Source: Cyanophora paradoxa CCMP329
Taxonomy: Eukaryota > Plantae > Glaucophyta
Direction of reading: 5' to 3'
Assembly (NCBI GenBank): GCA_004431415.1
Contig: QPMI01000435.1
Span: 265,196-329,195 of the forward strand
DNA length: 64,000 nt
A program made the position numbers and the translations under genes. The notes beneath the pieces are model-generated. The model was given only the letters and a program-made list of their open reading frames with translations, did not search any database and was not told where the DNA came from. Shown piece after piece: positions 33,297-44,132 of this stretch (positions are counted from its first letter, which is position 1; each line of letters starts with the position of its first letter).

Positions 33297-33584
33297 TTAG
33301 AAAAGGTTCCGGACCAGGCCCGAGAGCTGCGGGCCCAGGCGCCGGGCGGCGTAGTAGAGCGCGGCCGCCGCCGCCGCAAGGATCAGCAGGCGCGGCGGGC
33401 CGCGCGCCGGCTCCTCCAGCGTCAGGTCCACGGTCTCCGGCCCGCGCGCCGGAGCCGCCAGGATCTCGGGCTCGGAGCAGAGGGACTTGGGCCCACGGCG
33501 GCGGCGCTGCTTGGGCGCCGAGGCGGCGGCGGTGAGAAGGTCCTCAGGCTCCTGCTTGATACCTGCGCAGTCAGTAAAGTCCAT
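33297..33584 (-). CDS. Small protein with C-terminal hydrophobic helix
   Basis: MDFTDCAG...LLILAAAAAALYYAA; upstream ATTTTCCAA. Confidence 0.6.
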   Translation of the reverse strand: MDFTDCAGIKQEPEDLLTAAASAPKQRRRRGPKSLCSEPEILAAPARGPETVDLTLEEPARGPPRLLILAAAAAALYYAARRLGPQLSGLVRNLF

Positions 33585-33636
33585 GCTTGCTGGGTACCTT
33601 GGAAAATTGTGGGAGGCGTCCGGAGATTGCGAACGT

Positions 33637-35033
33637 AGGAGGGGGGAGAAATGACGCGGACGCAAAAGATTCCGTCATGGGTTTTCCGTCATGGGCTGGA
33701 ACTTGGACTCGGGACTCGGCCGGAATTCTCCTGGTAAGTTCGAGACTTGAACTCGGCGGGGTACCCCCTATGTCCAAATGCCCTAGTGTCCCAGAGTCCT
33801 AGTGTCCTAGTGTCCTAGTAGTACTAAGTATGTAACTAAGTAGGTCGCTCATTCTAGTCAGTACGTCAATTGTACGTCACTGAAGTCGGACTCGGCCGGC
33901 CCAATTCGAATTCGTCAGACCATACTACTAGTATCAGATGTATACGATAGTCATACTTCAGTATGATGTCATAGCAACTTGAAATTACCTTCAAGTCGAA
34001 TAGAGGGTACAGAGTCGGTACGTTAGACTTGACAAAAACACGTGTATTTTTTTACGCCGAGTTTTGCGGCCGAGTCCCGAGTCCAAGTTCCAGCCCATGA
34101 CGGAAAACCCATGACGGAATTGTGACGCGTCCGCAACCTCCGCAACCTTTCAGGTAAATGTCAGGTAACTTCAGGTTAATTAATTAAGCAAGCGCTAGCA
34201 AGCACTAGCTAGATATCACAGCTCTACCTTGCCCAAGTTGATGGTATCTAGCAAGGCCTGCTCCTCCAAGTCTGCACCACCACCGCCTCCCAGCGCTAGC
34301 GCTAGCTCGATACCGCCTCCGGCCTTGATCTCCCTTGGCTCCAGCCACCTGAGAGGCTCAGGCCACCTCCTCCTGGTGAAGCCGGTATCGTTGCTCTTGT
34401 CCAGCTTGAGGTAGCGGTAGGGCGCCGGCGCCGGCCAGTCCGGCCTGTGGCCGCTTGCCTCCTTGGCTATGTCCTTGGGCCTACGCGGTCGCAGGTCCGC
34501 CTTGGCCTTCGCCCTCTGCAGGGGCCCAGCGCCTTGAACTTCGGTGCCTTGGTCGCCGGCAGGGCCTTGGGCTGGGCTTCTGGGCTTCTGCATCTTCACC
34601 GCCTTGGGCTTCGGCATCCTTGGCTGCTTCGATTTCGGCATACTTCTTGCTCATAAATGAGAAAAGCGCCTCAAAGTCTGCCTTTATCTCCTCCTTGGAC
34701 CAGGATGTCATCTGATCCGGGTCACCTGAGAACGGCGCATCGAACGCCACGTGGAGCGATTTGCAGGCCTGGGCAATCATTGGCTCGGGCCATGCCAGCT
34801 CGATCAGCTGAAGGTAGATGTTGAGGGCCTTGTCGAGCTTGGCGCCCTGGGAGACCAGCTGGGAGATGGCGGGCTCCATGGTGGTAGACTAGCATCAGAA
34901 AATGGCGCCAAGTTCGAATCTATTTTTTACCGGGAGAGTTTGGGCCCGAGTCCCAGGTCCAAGTTCCAGCCCATGACGGAAAAACCCATGACGGAATCTT
35001 TCGCGTCCGCGTCACTTCTCCCCCCCCCCTCCT
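33637..35033. repeat. Three-copy inverted repeat system with paired CCCATGACGGAA iterons
   Basis: Copy A 33637-33737; inverted copy B 34067-34120 (54 bp exact match to 33669-33722); inverted copy C ~34927-35033. Confidence 0.92.
34216..34879 (-). CDS. Hypothetical protein (one frameshift) lying between repeat copies B and C
   Basis: Overlapping ORFs 34481-34879 and 34216-34641; upstream ATTTTCTGA. Confidence 0.55.
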
Positions 35034-35078
35034 CAGGTGAGCGCTCACCTGAACCTCACCTGAACGGCCTCTATAAGC
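35033..35078. promoter_or_regulatory. Candidate early promoter: TCAGGTGA/TCACCTGA cluster plus TATA-like box
   Basis: TCAGGTGAGCGCTCACCTGAACCTCACCTGAAC followed by TATAAG about 65 nt upstream of ATG 35139. Confidence 0.5.
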
Positions 35079-35138
35079 ACGCGGCACGCGGCGTTCCCCT
35101 CACACTCTCAATCTCTCTCAACGCAACCAGCAAGCAAC

Positions 35139-35426
35139 ATGGCCCTTGTTGCCCAGTTCTTCGTCGAGGAATACACCGTGCGCGTGATCGGCGAGCCTCG
35201 CCCCCCCCTCAGGCCGCTCCCTCGCCTACACCGTGCGATCTCTCCCTCAGGCCGCTCCCTCGCCTACACATTCTTTGAGGGGTATCAGTGCAACATCTGG
35301 GTCTTGCGGAGGCAGATGGGCTCCCCCCAGATGAAGGTCGATCAGCTGCACCAGCAGTGCGGCTACCCCTTTAGCCTTGACGATAGGATGATTTCCTTTG
35401 ATCTTGATGGCTCTGTATCCCTCTGA
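35139..35426 (+). CDS. Hypothetical protein, 95 aa
   Basis: Intact ORF downstream of TATA-like box. Confidence 0.55.
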   Translation: MALVAQFFVEEYTVRVIGEPRPPLRPLPRLHRAISPSGRSLAYTFFEGYQCNIWVLRRQMGSPQMKVDQLHQQCGYPFSLDDRMISFDLDGSVSL

Positions 35427-35529
35427 AATTGAACGCGTGTTTCTGACTTCGTCTGAAGCTCACCTGACGCGGGCCTTAAGAGGGGCACGGGCCTCGGTTC
35501 CTCACACTTAACCGTAAGCCAACGAGAGA

Positions 35530-35777
35530 ATGTGCGCCCCAAGTACTTCACCTGCTGCCTGACCTTCGGCATCTTCGAGTACGAGGCCATGGAAGAGGAT
35601 CTGGACGAGAACGGCGAGATCTGCTTCAACTACTGCAGGCTGCTGCGCAACATCTCGCTGGAGTGCCGCAAGGGCGACTGCTTCCAGCACATCATGCTCA
35701 ATCCCGCCAAGAACGAGATCACCCTGTACGCCGTCGCCTGCCCAGCGCCAGATTTAGACTCTCGAATATTCGCGTAG
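35530..35777 (+). CDS. Small Cys-containing hypothetical protein
   Basis: Codon-biased ORF; probable frameshift just after ATG at 35530. Confidence 0.55.
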
Positions 35778-35921
35778 CCGCGATCGAAGCCCTTCCCTCC
35801 CCAGTGAGACGAATTGAACACGTGTTTTACCTGAATCACCCGAGCGCTCAGCTGAAGTCAGGTGGGGCGCCCTTTAAATATTTTCTAGCGCTAGGCTGAT
35901 CGCACACTAAGCTCAGACAAC

Positions 35922-36704
35922 ATGGCCACCGTCCGCAACGCCAACGAGATCGACCCCGCCAAGCTCGCCTTCGAGATCGACGCCACCGGCCGCATCAAGG
36001 CCAAGTACGACGGCCTGCAGGGCCTCATGATGTACGCGCCGCCCATGGTCACCATCAACCCCTGCATCAACACAGAGCAAGGCAAGGCGTGGAGCGACGA
36101 GAAGAAGGCCTTCGTCATGGAAGAAAACGGCGGATTCTACACGCTGGACCTCACCGATCTCAGCGCCGTCGACGGCCAGACGAACCCCGCCGCGGACGAG
36201 TTCCTCAAGCTGCTCGAGGCCCTGGACGCGAAATTCTGCGAGTTCGTGCAGCAGAACCAGGCCAAGCTCAAGGTCTCGCCCGGCCGCTCCCTCTCCAAGG
36301 ACCAGATCTCGGTGCTGCAGACCCCCAGCGTGCGCATCAAGGTCGACAAGGAGTCGGGCCAGGCCTTCTACAAGTACCTCAACATGCGCATCCGCACCCA
36401 GACGATGGCGGGCAAGCGCAAGACCATCCCCGTCGTCGACATGTCCAACTACCTCATCACCGAGCGCGCCACCATCGGCACCGGCGACCTGGTGGCCGCC
36501 CTCGTCAAAATCGACACCGCCTACGCCATCCCCGAGGGCAAGTTCGGCCTCAAGTGGTCCTTCCTCGCCGTGCAGCAGTGCAAGGTCGGCGCCTTTCGCT
36601 TCGCCGGGCGCGCCCCCGAGCTGGCCTTCAAGCCCTACGACAACGAGGCCGATTTCGAGCCCTACCTAAACCCCGAGTCTATGTACGCAGCCCCCATGCA
36701 GTAG
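35922..36704 (+). CDS. Putative ssDNA-binding protein (OB fold, NCLDV/T7 gp2.5-like)
   Basis: YTLDL..FLKLLEALD, GDLVAALVKI..Y...GKFGLKW...VQ pattern and acidic/aromatic tail; intact 260 aa. Confidence 0.72.
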   Translation: MATVRNANEIDPAKLAFEIDATGRIKAKYDGLQGLMMYAPPMVTINPCINTEQGKAWSDEKKAFVMEENGGFYTLDLTDLSAVDGQTNPAADEFLKLLEALDAKFCEFVQQNQAKLKVSPGRSLSKDQISVLQTPSVRIKVDKESGQAFYKYLNMRIRTQTMAGKRKTIPVVDMSNYLITERATIGTGDLVAALVKIDTAYAIPEGKFGLKWSFLAVQQCKVGAFRFAGRAPELAFKPYDNEADFEPYLNPESMYAAPMQ

Positions 36705-36757
36705 CTCGGACGAATAAATTGTGAATTTTTGGTGCAATTGATTACAAGCTTTTACAC

Positions 36758-37560
36758 TCAAAGGCCGTTGAACTTGCCGCCCACCGCCTTGGGCTCCGCC
36801 GCCGTCGAGGCCGCCGCCTCCGTCACCTCCTTCATCACCTCCGGGTTCGCGTTCGCCGCGTGCACCGCCAGCACCGTCTGCACCAGGGCCATCCCCAGGC
36901 GCGCCTCGGGCCCCAGGGTCACGTAGCGCGAGTACTTAATCACCAGCTCCTCTAAGATCGGCTGCACCTGGTCCATCGAAGAGAGCGTCGCCTGCCCGAG
37001 CCCGTCGAGCTTCAGGCCGATCGGATCGTACGCCTTGTTCAGGTGCTCCAGCGAGTGCATGCCCGCGATCAGAAAGAGGCGCGCCGCCTCCAGCGAACCC
37101 CGCGTGCTCAGCTCGCGCTGAATCTCCTCGTACTCTTCCTTCAGCTCGTCCAGCGGCGTCGCCAGGCTCAGCTTCTTCGTGGACGTAAGCTCGCCCCCGA
37201 ACGAGCGCCTGTACTGCGCGATCTGCCGCAGAACCTGCTTCTTCTCGTCCACGTCCACCTGCGCCTCGTCGCGCGGCCTCTCCTGCAGGTCGATCCCAGC
37301 GCCTTCTTCACGCTCTGCTCCTTCTTCTTCGTCATTTCGATGTGCTCCTGCACGCTGAAGCTCGCCCCCTTGCTCGGCGCCGTCGGCGGCACCGTGGGCC
37401 CGTCGCCCGGCAGCGCCGTCTTGTCGGCCTTCGGCGCCTTCTCGCCCTTTTCCTTGCCCTCCTTCGCGGGGCGGCCCTTCTTCCGGGGCTGCGGGATTCC
37501 CACGGGGTTCGGCCCGTCCACGGCCAGCGCCTCGAAGCCAAGCATCGCCGAGGGGTCCAT
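36758..37560 (-). CDS. Conserved NCLDV-type protein, DUF5767-like (frameshift near 37270)
   Basis: LDELKEEYE, YDPIGLKLDG, ILEELVIKY, LGPEARL motif series. Confidence 0.6.
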
Positions 37561-37589
37561 CCTTTACGCCTGCCCCTTAGAAATATTTT

Positions 37590-37919
37590 TCACTCCGAGG
37601 TCAGCTCGACGAAGAGCTCGATGTAAAGCCAGAGCTTTTCGCGCAGCTCGGGCCCGCTGCCGTAGAATAGCGAGCGCACGGCCGAGGCGTACTCCTGCGG
37701 CAGCCTCTCGAAAACCGAGTCGTCCTTCGCCTTGATCAATTCCGCCTCCGCGTTGATGTGCCTCCTGAACAGAACGATGACCGCCGTGGCCCCTATGCCG
37801 CGCAGCGACTGGATCTGCGCCCGCACCCCGGGCTCCTTGGCCTCCGGCTCCAGCAGGTCGAGGAAGCGGCCCCAGCGCGCCTCGATCTGCTCGCCCAGCG
37901 TCGCCTCCGTCGCAGCCAT
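37590..37919 (-). CDS. Hypothetical protein, 109 aa
   Basis: Intact ORF; upstream ATTTCTGA. Confidence 0.65.
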   Translation of the reverse strand: MAATEATLGEQIEARWGRFLDLLEPEAKEPGVRAQIQSLRGIGATAVIVLFRRHINAEAELIKAKDDSVFERLPQEYASAVRSLFYGSGPELREKLWLYIELFVELTSE

Positions 37920-37941
37920 GTGCTCGCGTGGGCCTCAGAAA

Positions 37942-39063
37942 TTACTGACCGAGTCGGAGCGCCTGGGCTGCTTGGTCGAACATCTCCGCCTTCCGGGCGT
38001 TCGTTTCCGCAAGCATGGCAATCTGGTTGTTCTCCGTGTTCCGGACGATGGACTGGAAGGCTGTCTGAATTGCAGTCTGCGATGCAGCGGACATACCTGC
38101 CACCGTTCCTTTAGCGCGGAGCTCTAGCATGCGTCCTTTCTGGAACGGCGTGGCAAGTTGATTGCCCTGCAGCGCAGGGAGCGGGTTGACGACGCGGGGC
38201 AGCAGGTTCTGGTCCGCGTAAGGCATGGCCGTCGGCAGGGCCGGGCCGCGCGTCCCCGGCTGATCGAGGAGCATCGCCCCAAACGGATTGCCCCGGCTGA
38301 AGTCCACGTCGTTGCGGCCGTAGGGCTTGTTGACGGCGCTGCTGATGTTGGCCGTCTGCGCGTTGAACATGGGCGATAGATCGGGGGTGTAGCCCGCGCG
38401 CAGCCCCTGGGGGTTCGCCTCCGTCTGCCCGTAGCGGCCGGCCGGCCCGAGCAGGTTCTCCTTCTCGATCTCTTCCATCGTCTTGATCCAGCCGCGCTCG
38501 CGCGCCCACTTCATGACGAGATCATCGTAGTTCATCGGGAAGAAAACCTTCTGGTACTTGTCGAAGCGCTGAATTTCGATATCCTGCTCGATCATGTTCG
38601 TAATTCGCTCCAGCAGCTCGGGGTAATATTCCTCGAGCATTTTGGCGACGCCCGGCTGCTTCAGGTCGAAGGCCGTCATCGCCCACTGGTCGAAATCGCG
38701 AATCATGATTTCCTTCCGCAGGCTGAACGCGTTCTCCACGTCCTCCTCGTTGATCGTGCGACGGGGTTCGCGTTCTGCAGCTGCTGTCGGATGCCCATCC
38801 GCATCAGCTTCTCCATCGAGGGCGTGTACTTCATCGCGGGCAGGGTCTTCGTTTCCCCCCGCTGAGCCCCAGGCCCGCGCCTTGTCCTCGGGCGTGTAGA
38901 CGTCTGCCTTCGTTCCATCTACGACGGGCACCTCGGGCATGATCGTGCCCGGAAGGAACTTGTTCACGATGCCGTCCATGTCGGCCTTCAGGTCGTTCTT
39001 CAGCGCCTGGCGCTGCTTCTTAGAGCCCTCCCCAATGTCCATCATAGAGTGGCCCTTCGTCAT
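37942..39063 (-). CDS. Hypothetical protein, 373 aa, likely virion-associated
   Basis: Intact ORF directly downstream of MCP in the same orientation. Confidence 0.7.
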   Translation of the reverse strand: MTKGHSMMDIGEGSKKQRQALKNDLKADMDGIVNKFLPGTIMPEVPVVDGTKADVYTPEDKARAWGSAGGNEDPARDEVHALDGEADADGHPTAAAEREPRRTINEEDVENAFSLRKEIMIRDFDQWAMTAFDLKQPGVAKMLEEYYPELLERITNMIEQDIEIQRFDKYQKVFFPMNYDDLVMKWARERGWIKTMEEIEKENLLGPAGRYGQTEANPQGLRAGYTPDLSPMFNAQTANISSAVNKPYGRNDVDFSRGNPFGAMLLDQPGTRGPALPTAMPYADQNLLPRVVNPLPALQGNQLATPFQKGRMLELRAKGTVAGMSAASQTAIQTAFQSIVRNTENNQIAMLAETNARKAEMFDQAAQALRLGQ

Positions 39064-39142
39064 CGTGCCTCGGTTAGGATCCCAGTGGGAAAATTTATTG
39101 GTTCACATCGGCCTACCAAGCACACCCTGGCTAACAAGCAAT

Positions 39143-40511
39143 CTAATGGAAGCGGCGGTAGGCGCCGCCGTTGGTGAAGGTGATCTCGTTGTAGTAGCGG
39201 CAGTAGATGTCGGCCACGGGCTTGTCCGCGCCGTAGGTCTTGAGCGTGGTGAGCGTGAGCTCGATGGTCTTGAAGGCGCCCATGTCGAGGCCGCCGAACA
39301 TCTTGGTGTTGTCGGCCACGTCCGTGCCGAAGGGGAGCGAGTAGATGAACTCCGTCCCGAACTGGCCCACGTTGCGGGGCTGGATGTCGCTGCTGTGCCC
39401 GTCGTGGGTCGCGAGGGTCGTGGGGCCGTGTCGTTGCCCGACCACGGGTGCGGGTGCAGCGCGTCGGCCACGTCGGCCGCCGCCGTCCCGTCCATCGAGG
39501 TCACGCCCCGCAGCAGCTCGAGGTGCTTGCGGGCGGGGGCGTGCGTGTGCTCCTTGTGCGCGATGGCCGTGCGCAAGAAGTGCGCGTCGTGGTTCGAGCT
39601 ATCGAGCACCTTGATGTTGTCGCACTTCAGCTCGATCTTGTCGAGCGGGCGGAAGCGCCAGAAGTGCTCGCCGTTGTCGGTGTGCGGCTTGTCGCGCACC
39701 ACGATGATCAGCTCGTAGCAGATTCCGGTGAAGGGCAGGCGGATGGCCTTGCCGACTCGAACGAGACGTGGTAGTGCTGCACGTACTTGCCGGCCCACGT
39801 GAACGAGTTCGGGTGCAGCGCCAGCTCGCGCGAGTCGATGTGCACGTAGCGCAGGATGAGCTTGGTGTCCAGGCTGACGGTGCTCGTCAGGTTGGTGTTG
39901 GTGTGCAGGCCGCCGTCCACGAAGGAGGCCGTCACCTCCTTCTGCGAGGCGTACGTGATCTGCAGCTTCATGTCGTTTCCGGAGCAGCGGAGCTTGTGGA
40001 GCGGCACGGCGAACTTTCGACCGTGGCCCGTCGCGATGCGAATCGGTATGTACAGCGTGTTCGGGGCCTTGCCCCGGCGGCGCAGCGGCTGGTGCGCCCA
40101 GAGGTTGTTCACCATGTCGACGTGCTGGACGACGGACTTGTCGTCCTCGAACTCGCCGTAGATGGCGTCGTAATGGCCGTCGTACTCGTGGATCAGCTGC
40201 GCGCCCACGAAGATCTTCACCTTCTTGAGCAGCACGTAGCCGGCCTTCGGGATGTAGAAGTGGTCCGCGTTCGTCAGCGCCGGCAGCGTCACCTTGAGCC
40301 AGGAGTCGTTGAACATCGGCGCCGAGTGCGGGATGACGATGTCGACGGTCTGGCTGAAGCTCACGCCCGACTGCACGGGGCTCACCTCGAGCACCTCGTC
40401 CACGAACGGCATCGCCGTGTCGAAGGTCTCGTGCACGTGCACCGACGCGTCGGAGCTGCGCAGCGAGTGGTGCAGGGCGGTCGAGGGGGTGGAGATGAGC
40501 GCGGAAGCCAT
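39143..40511 (-). CDS. Double jelly-roll major capsid protein, NCLDV type (two frameshifts)
   Basis: WLKVTLPAL, LLKKVKIFVGAQLI, LYIPI..AVPL..L, LPFTGICYELIIVV, IYSLPFG..GGLDM, YCRYYNEITFTNG matches the NCLDV MCP motif order; about 455 aa when joined. Confidence 0.88.
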
Positions 40512-40550
40512 GGTTTAGGGGTGCGTTGAGAAAATTTTGTGGATGGGCGC

Positions 40551-42425
40551 CTATGCGTCCACAAACCTCCAAAATCGATGTCGGGTCCGTCCCCGAGAAA
40601 TAATCTCGTAGCAGCTGCGCAGGCACGTTGGCAATAATCTGCCGGGCACGCCCTTGGCCGTGTGGTACCGGGAAATCGCAATTTCCGCGAAGCTCCCGAG
40701 GGTCTCGTCATTGTTTCCGAAGCGCCTCTGTATGTCTTTGAGCGCCTTGCTGTAGGCACCCTGGATCTTCGCGCTCTTTTGATCCTCAAACCACCTGCGC
40801 CGCTCCTCCGCGTCAGGGTTGCCCGCGAGAAACGCCGAAATCTGAGCTGCATCGGGCCGACGTCCCATCGCTGTTTGCGGGCGGGAGGGGCACGCTGGGG
40901 GCGCACTGGGCCCTGCGGCGGGTGCCGGCATCACCTCTCCCGTGGGCCAATGTCCCACCGGCGCCTGCGTGTGCGCTCGGCCGCCTCCTCGAGTGCCCGT
41001 TTACGTACCTCAAGCGTCGCCTCTGCCTCCATCACGTCCGCCTGCAGCCGCTCCGTCTGGATGAACTCCGAAACGGTCGCGAGCTCGCTTTCGGGGGCCG
41101 CATCGGCCGCCACGTCGGTGATCAGCTGTCTGCGCGCCTTGGCGAGGAGAGCCGCCCCTTTTGCGTTACGCAGCGCATCCAGCGACCCCAGCCGCGCCTC
41201 CCGGGATTCGTCCGCGTCTAAGCCCTTCTTCAACTTGCGGTCTTTCGGCTTCGCGGACGATGCGGCGTACGTCGCCGGCGGCGCAGTCGGAACGCCCACG
41301 GCAGCCAGCGCCCCCTCACCGCGGCCTCTACCGTCGCCATCTCGGCATCGGAAGGACCGGCCGCGGGCGCTCCCACGGATGTGCCCGGGCGGCCGGAGGG
41401 AAGCTTCGGGCGATGGAGCCGGGGTTGAAGGGCACTAGGAGGGGCGGCGGCTGTGGTTCGCCGCCACCGCCCCGCCGCCACCGCCCCGCCGCCACCGCCC
41501 CGCCGCCACCGCCCCGCCGCCACCGCCACCGCCCCGTCGCCTTCTGCGGGCCGTTCGCGCCTACCGGCAGCGCCTTCTGGATCAGCGCCTCCTTGGCGCC
41601 CCTCCGCGCATTCGGCCTCAGAGCGATGGCCCCGTTTTCATCGATGGCCGCGTTGTCCCTCTTTCTGATCCGCGCCTCCTGCTCCTTGCTCTCGGCGATC
41701 GTAACGAGCTTGGTCATCGCGGCCGTCAGGCGCCGCATCTCGGCGCGCGTGTCCCTCAGCCGGCCCTCGTCGGGCCCGGCCCTCGTCGTCCGATCCGGGT
41801 GGCTCGGCCTGGGTGAACGGCTGCGAGGTGTTCCTATCCGCGTAGCTCTTCTTCTCCTCCGGTAGGTTTTCGCGCGCATAAATGCTCGTCGGTTTGAACT
41901 CCTCGCCGTTCACGATGTACTTGTAGTAGTAGTACGCGTCATCCAAGTTCATGGGCCCGAGGTCTCGAGTCGCTTTTTGCGTTTCAAGAACTCTGTGATC
42001 TGGTCTTCCTTCGACTTGCAAAAATCGCGCACGCCTGGAGCATGGTCAAATTCTTACCGTCCACGTCGCACGCGCCGCGCCCCGCGCCTTTCGGTTCGTT
42101 TGAGTCACGGCGTCGATGCAAAGGCGGACTGGCCCATCAGCCAGGAGCGGAAGCCCTCCTCGTACTCCTCGTCCAGCCCGGACTCCATCTCCTTGAATTT
42201 GTTGATGTAGTAGGCGTTGGCGATGGCCTGCGCCTCCACCTCTGCGAGCTTGTCGGTTTTCGCCCTATCCTCGACGCGCATCCCGTCGGAGCGGTGCAGC
42301 GCGGTTTTGGCCATCTGCTGAAAGTGCGCGTACTTGTCGCTCTCAAAGGGCGTGATGTGCGAGTCCCCGCCCCCCGGGACCGCCAGCACGTTGCGCGGCG
42401 CGAAACGCGAGGCGAGCCCCCTCAT
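40551..42425 (-). CDS. Large hypothetical protein with coiled-coil and Gly-rich linker (multiple frameshifts)
   Basis: Chain of overlapping ORFs 42105-42425, 41638-42021, 41328-41879, 40931-41299, 40551-40958; FRSWLMG and PMNLDDAYYYYKYIV look like conserved blocks. Confidence 0.55.
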
Positions 42426-42700
42426 TTGCTCTTCTTAGGGGCTGGCTTTGAAATTTTATCGGTCTTGGCCTTGTCTTCCTTCCCGTCCTTCTTATCGGCC
42501 CCCTTCTTCCCCTGCTTCGTCGGGCGCATCGCCACGAATATTTCGCCGGGCGAGACGTCCTCGTACAGCGGCTTCGGCCCCTTAGGAAATTCGGGCGGCC
42601 CCTTCAGCTTCTCCTTCGCCTCCTTCACCTCGGCCTTGGTGGGCCGCTCCTGCCCGTTCGTGGGCGCCTTTTTCGCGGGCTTCTTTTGTGCCTCCGGCAT
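42422..42700 (-). CDS. Small Lys-rich basic protein, possible DNA-condensing core protein
   Basis: 92 aa, very high K content; upstream ATTTTTCT. Confidence 0.6.
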   Translation of the reverse strand: MPEAQKKPAKKAPTNGQERPTKAEVKEAKEKLKGPPEFPKGPKPLYEDVSPGEIFVAMRPTKQGKKGADKKDGKEDKAKTDKISKPAPKKSK

Positions 42701-42702
42701 GT

Positions 42703-43041
42703 TTACCCATCACCAGAAAAATATGGGTTGGCACCCCCGTACGTCTCGGGGAACTGCCTCTCCCACCTGCGCATGGCCGCGTCCCTCTGGTCGTCGAAGC
42801 TACGGTAGGCCGCGGCCCTCTGCCCCATCACGATTTGCCAGAGCCGTGCACGGACCTCGTCCTGCAGTCTGTACACCCAATCGCGAATGTTCTCGACGAT
42901 ATCCGTCGGCAGCGTGGCCAACCCCGCCTTGATCTCGGGTACATCCGTGGGATCCTCTTCGAGCGTAAGCTTCTGCATGCGAGCGCGCAGCATCTCAATT
43001 TGCGTATCGATTGGGGCCCAATAAGGGATAGATCGAGACAT
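42703..43041 (-). CDS. Hypothetical protein, 112 aa
   Basis: Intact ORF; upstream ATTTCTCA. Confidence 0.65.
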   Translation of the reverse strand: MSRSIPYWAPIDTQIEMLRARMQKLTLEEDPTDVPEIKAGLATLPTDIVENIRDWVYRLQDEVRARLWQIVMGQRAAAYRSFDDQRDAAMRRWERQFPETYGGANPYFSGDG

Positions 43042-43053
43042 CGGGGTACGGGG

Positions 43054-43317
43054 TCACTGAGAAATTACACTGGGTCGGAAGAGGAGGTACCCCACCAGGA
43101 TCCCCGCTATAATCCAGAGGGGCGACCAGTCGCGCTCCGCCGGCGCGCCCCCCGGCGTCACCATCAGCTGCCCCGCCCCGGGCCTGCGCAGGCCGTGCGT
43201 GCGGTGGTCCGCCCAGTGCGGGCGCGGGAACTGCTCCTGCGGCATGCGCTCGGGGTAGATGCCGTCGAATCGGTTCTGCATTTGGTACATGTCCCTATCG
43301 AACAGCAGGGAGGCCAT
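43054..43317 (-). CDS. Small protein with C-terminal transmembrane helix
   Basis: PLWIIAGILVGYLLF; upstream ATTTCTAA. Confidence 0.65.
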   Translation of the reverse strand: MASLLFDRDMYQMQNRFDGIYPERMPQEQFPRPHWADHRTHGLRRPGAGQLMVTPGGAPAERDWSPLWIIAGILVGYLLFRPSVISQ

Positions 43318-43320
43318 TTC

Positions 43321-43930
43321 TCAATTTGGGGAGGGACTTAGAAATACTGCCCGTGAGCTCCCTGTCGCGGATCCTGCGAAAATCCGCGAAGAGCCCGCGC
43401 GCGCAGCGCCTGCAGACGAGGCGGGCCCGCCCGCCCACGCGCGCCACCGAGATCTCGTGGCCGAACTGCAGGTGGCCCGGGAAGCAGGTGGGGGGTAGTC
43501 GCAGACGAAGCAGTGGCAGGGGCAGTTGCGCCGCCGAATCACTGCTGAAGAATCGCAGGCTCGCTCGCCGCCTTCCTCGGCGCGCGCTGGCGCTTGGGCT
43601 GGGCCTCGAGCGGGCTCGGGTCGCCCTCCGCGGGGCCGCCTTGGCCTTCTGCCGGGGCGCCGCGGGGGGCTTCGGGGCCGTAGGGGCTGCCGGTGCCTGG
43701 CTCGAGCCGGCGGCCGGGCCAGCGGCGTCGGTCACCTGCGGGCGCTGCGGCGGAGGGCTGGTCTCCCGGGCCCCCTCCTCGAGGACCCGGCGCATGAAGC
43801 GCGAGACGCGGCCGCTGCATTGCGTGCAGGAGCCGACGGCCACCTGGCGGTTGTTCTTGCTGGTACGCACCTCGACGTTGGCGAGCTTGGTGTTGGAGCG
43901 GCACTTGAAGCAGTAGTGGGCGTGCTCCAT
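43321..43930 (-). CDS. Zinc-ribbon protein with DUF5679-like N-terminus and a second Cys cluster (probable frameshift)
   Basis: YCFKCR...SKNNR..AVGSCTQC..VSRF; CPCHCFVC at the 3' end. Confidence 0.6.
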
Positions 43931-43939
43931 GGGATCTAG

Positions 43940-44101
43940 CTACGGGTGTAGACAGCCTTCAGAAAAAAGTGCGTAGTAGCGGACGGCGCACCGGGGGCAG
44001 CAGACGTAGACGCCCGCCTTGAGCACCCAGCCGCGCTTGGTCTGGGGCAGGCGGCAGATTTCGCAGCAGAGGGACCTGGGCTTGCGGCACGAGGATCCCA
44101 T
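43940..44101 (-). CDS. Small zinc-finger protein
   Basis: CCEIC...CCPRC; upstream ATTTCTAG. Confidence 0.5.
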   Translation of the reverse strand: MGSSCRKPRSLCCEICRLPQTKRGWVLKAGVYVCCPRCAVRYYALFSEGCLHP

Positions 44102-44132
44102 CTGGCGGCGGGGCCTAGAAATCACAATGGGA

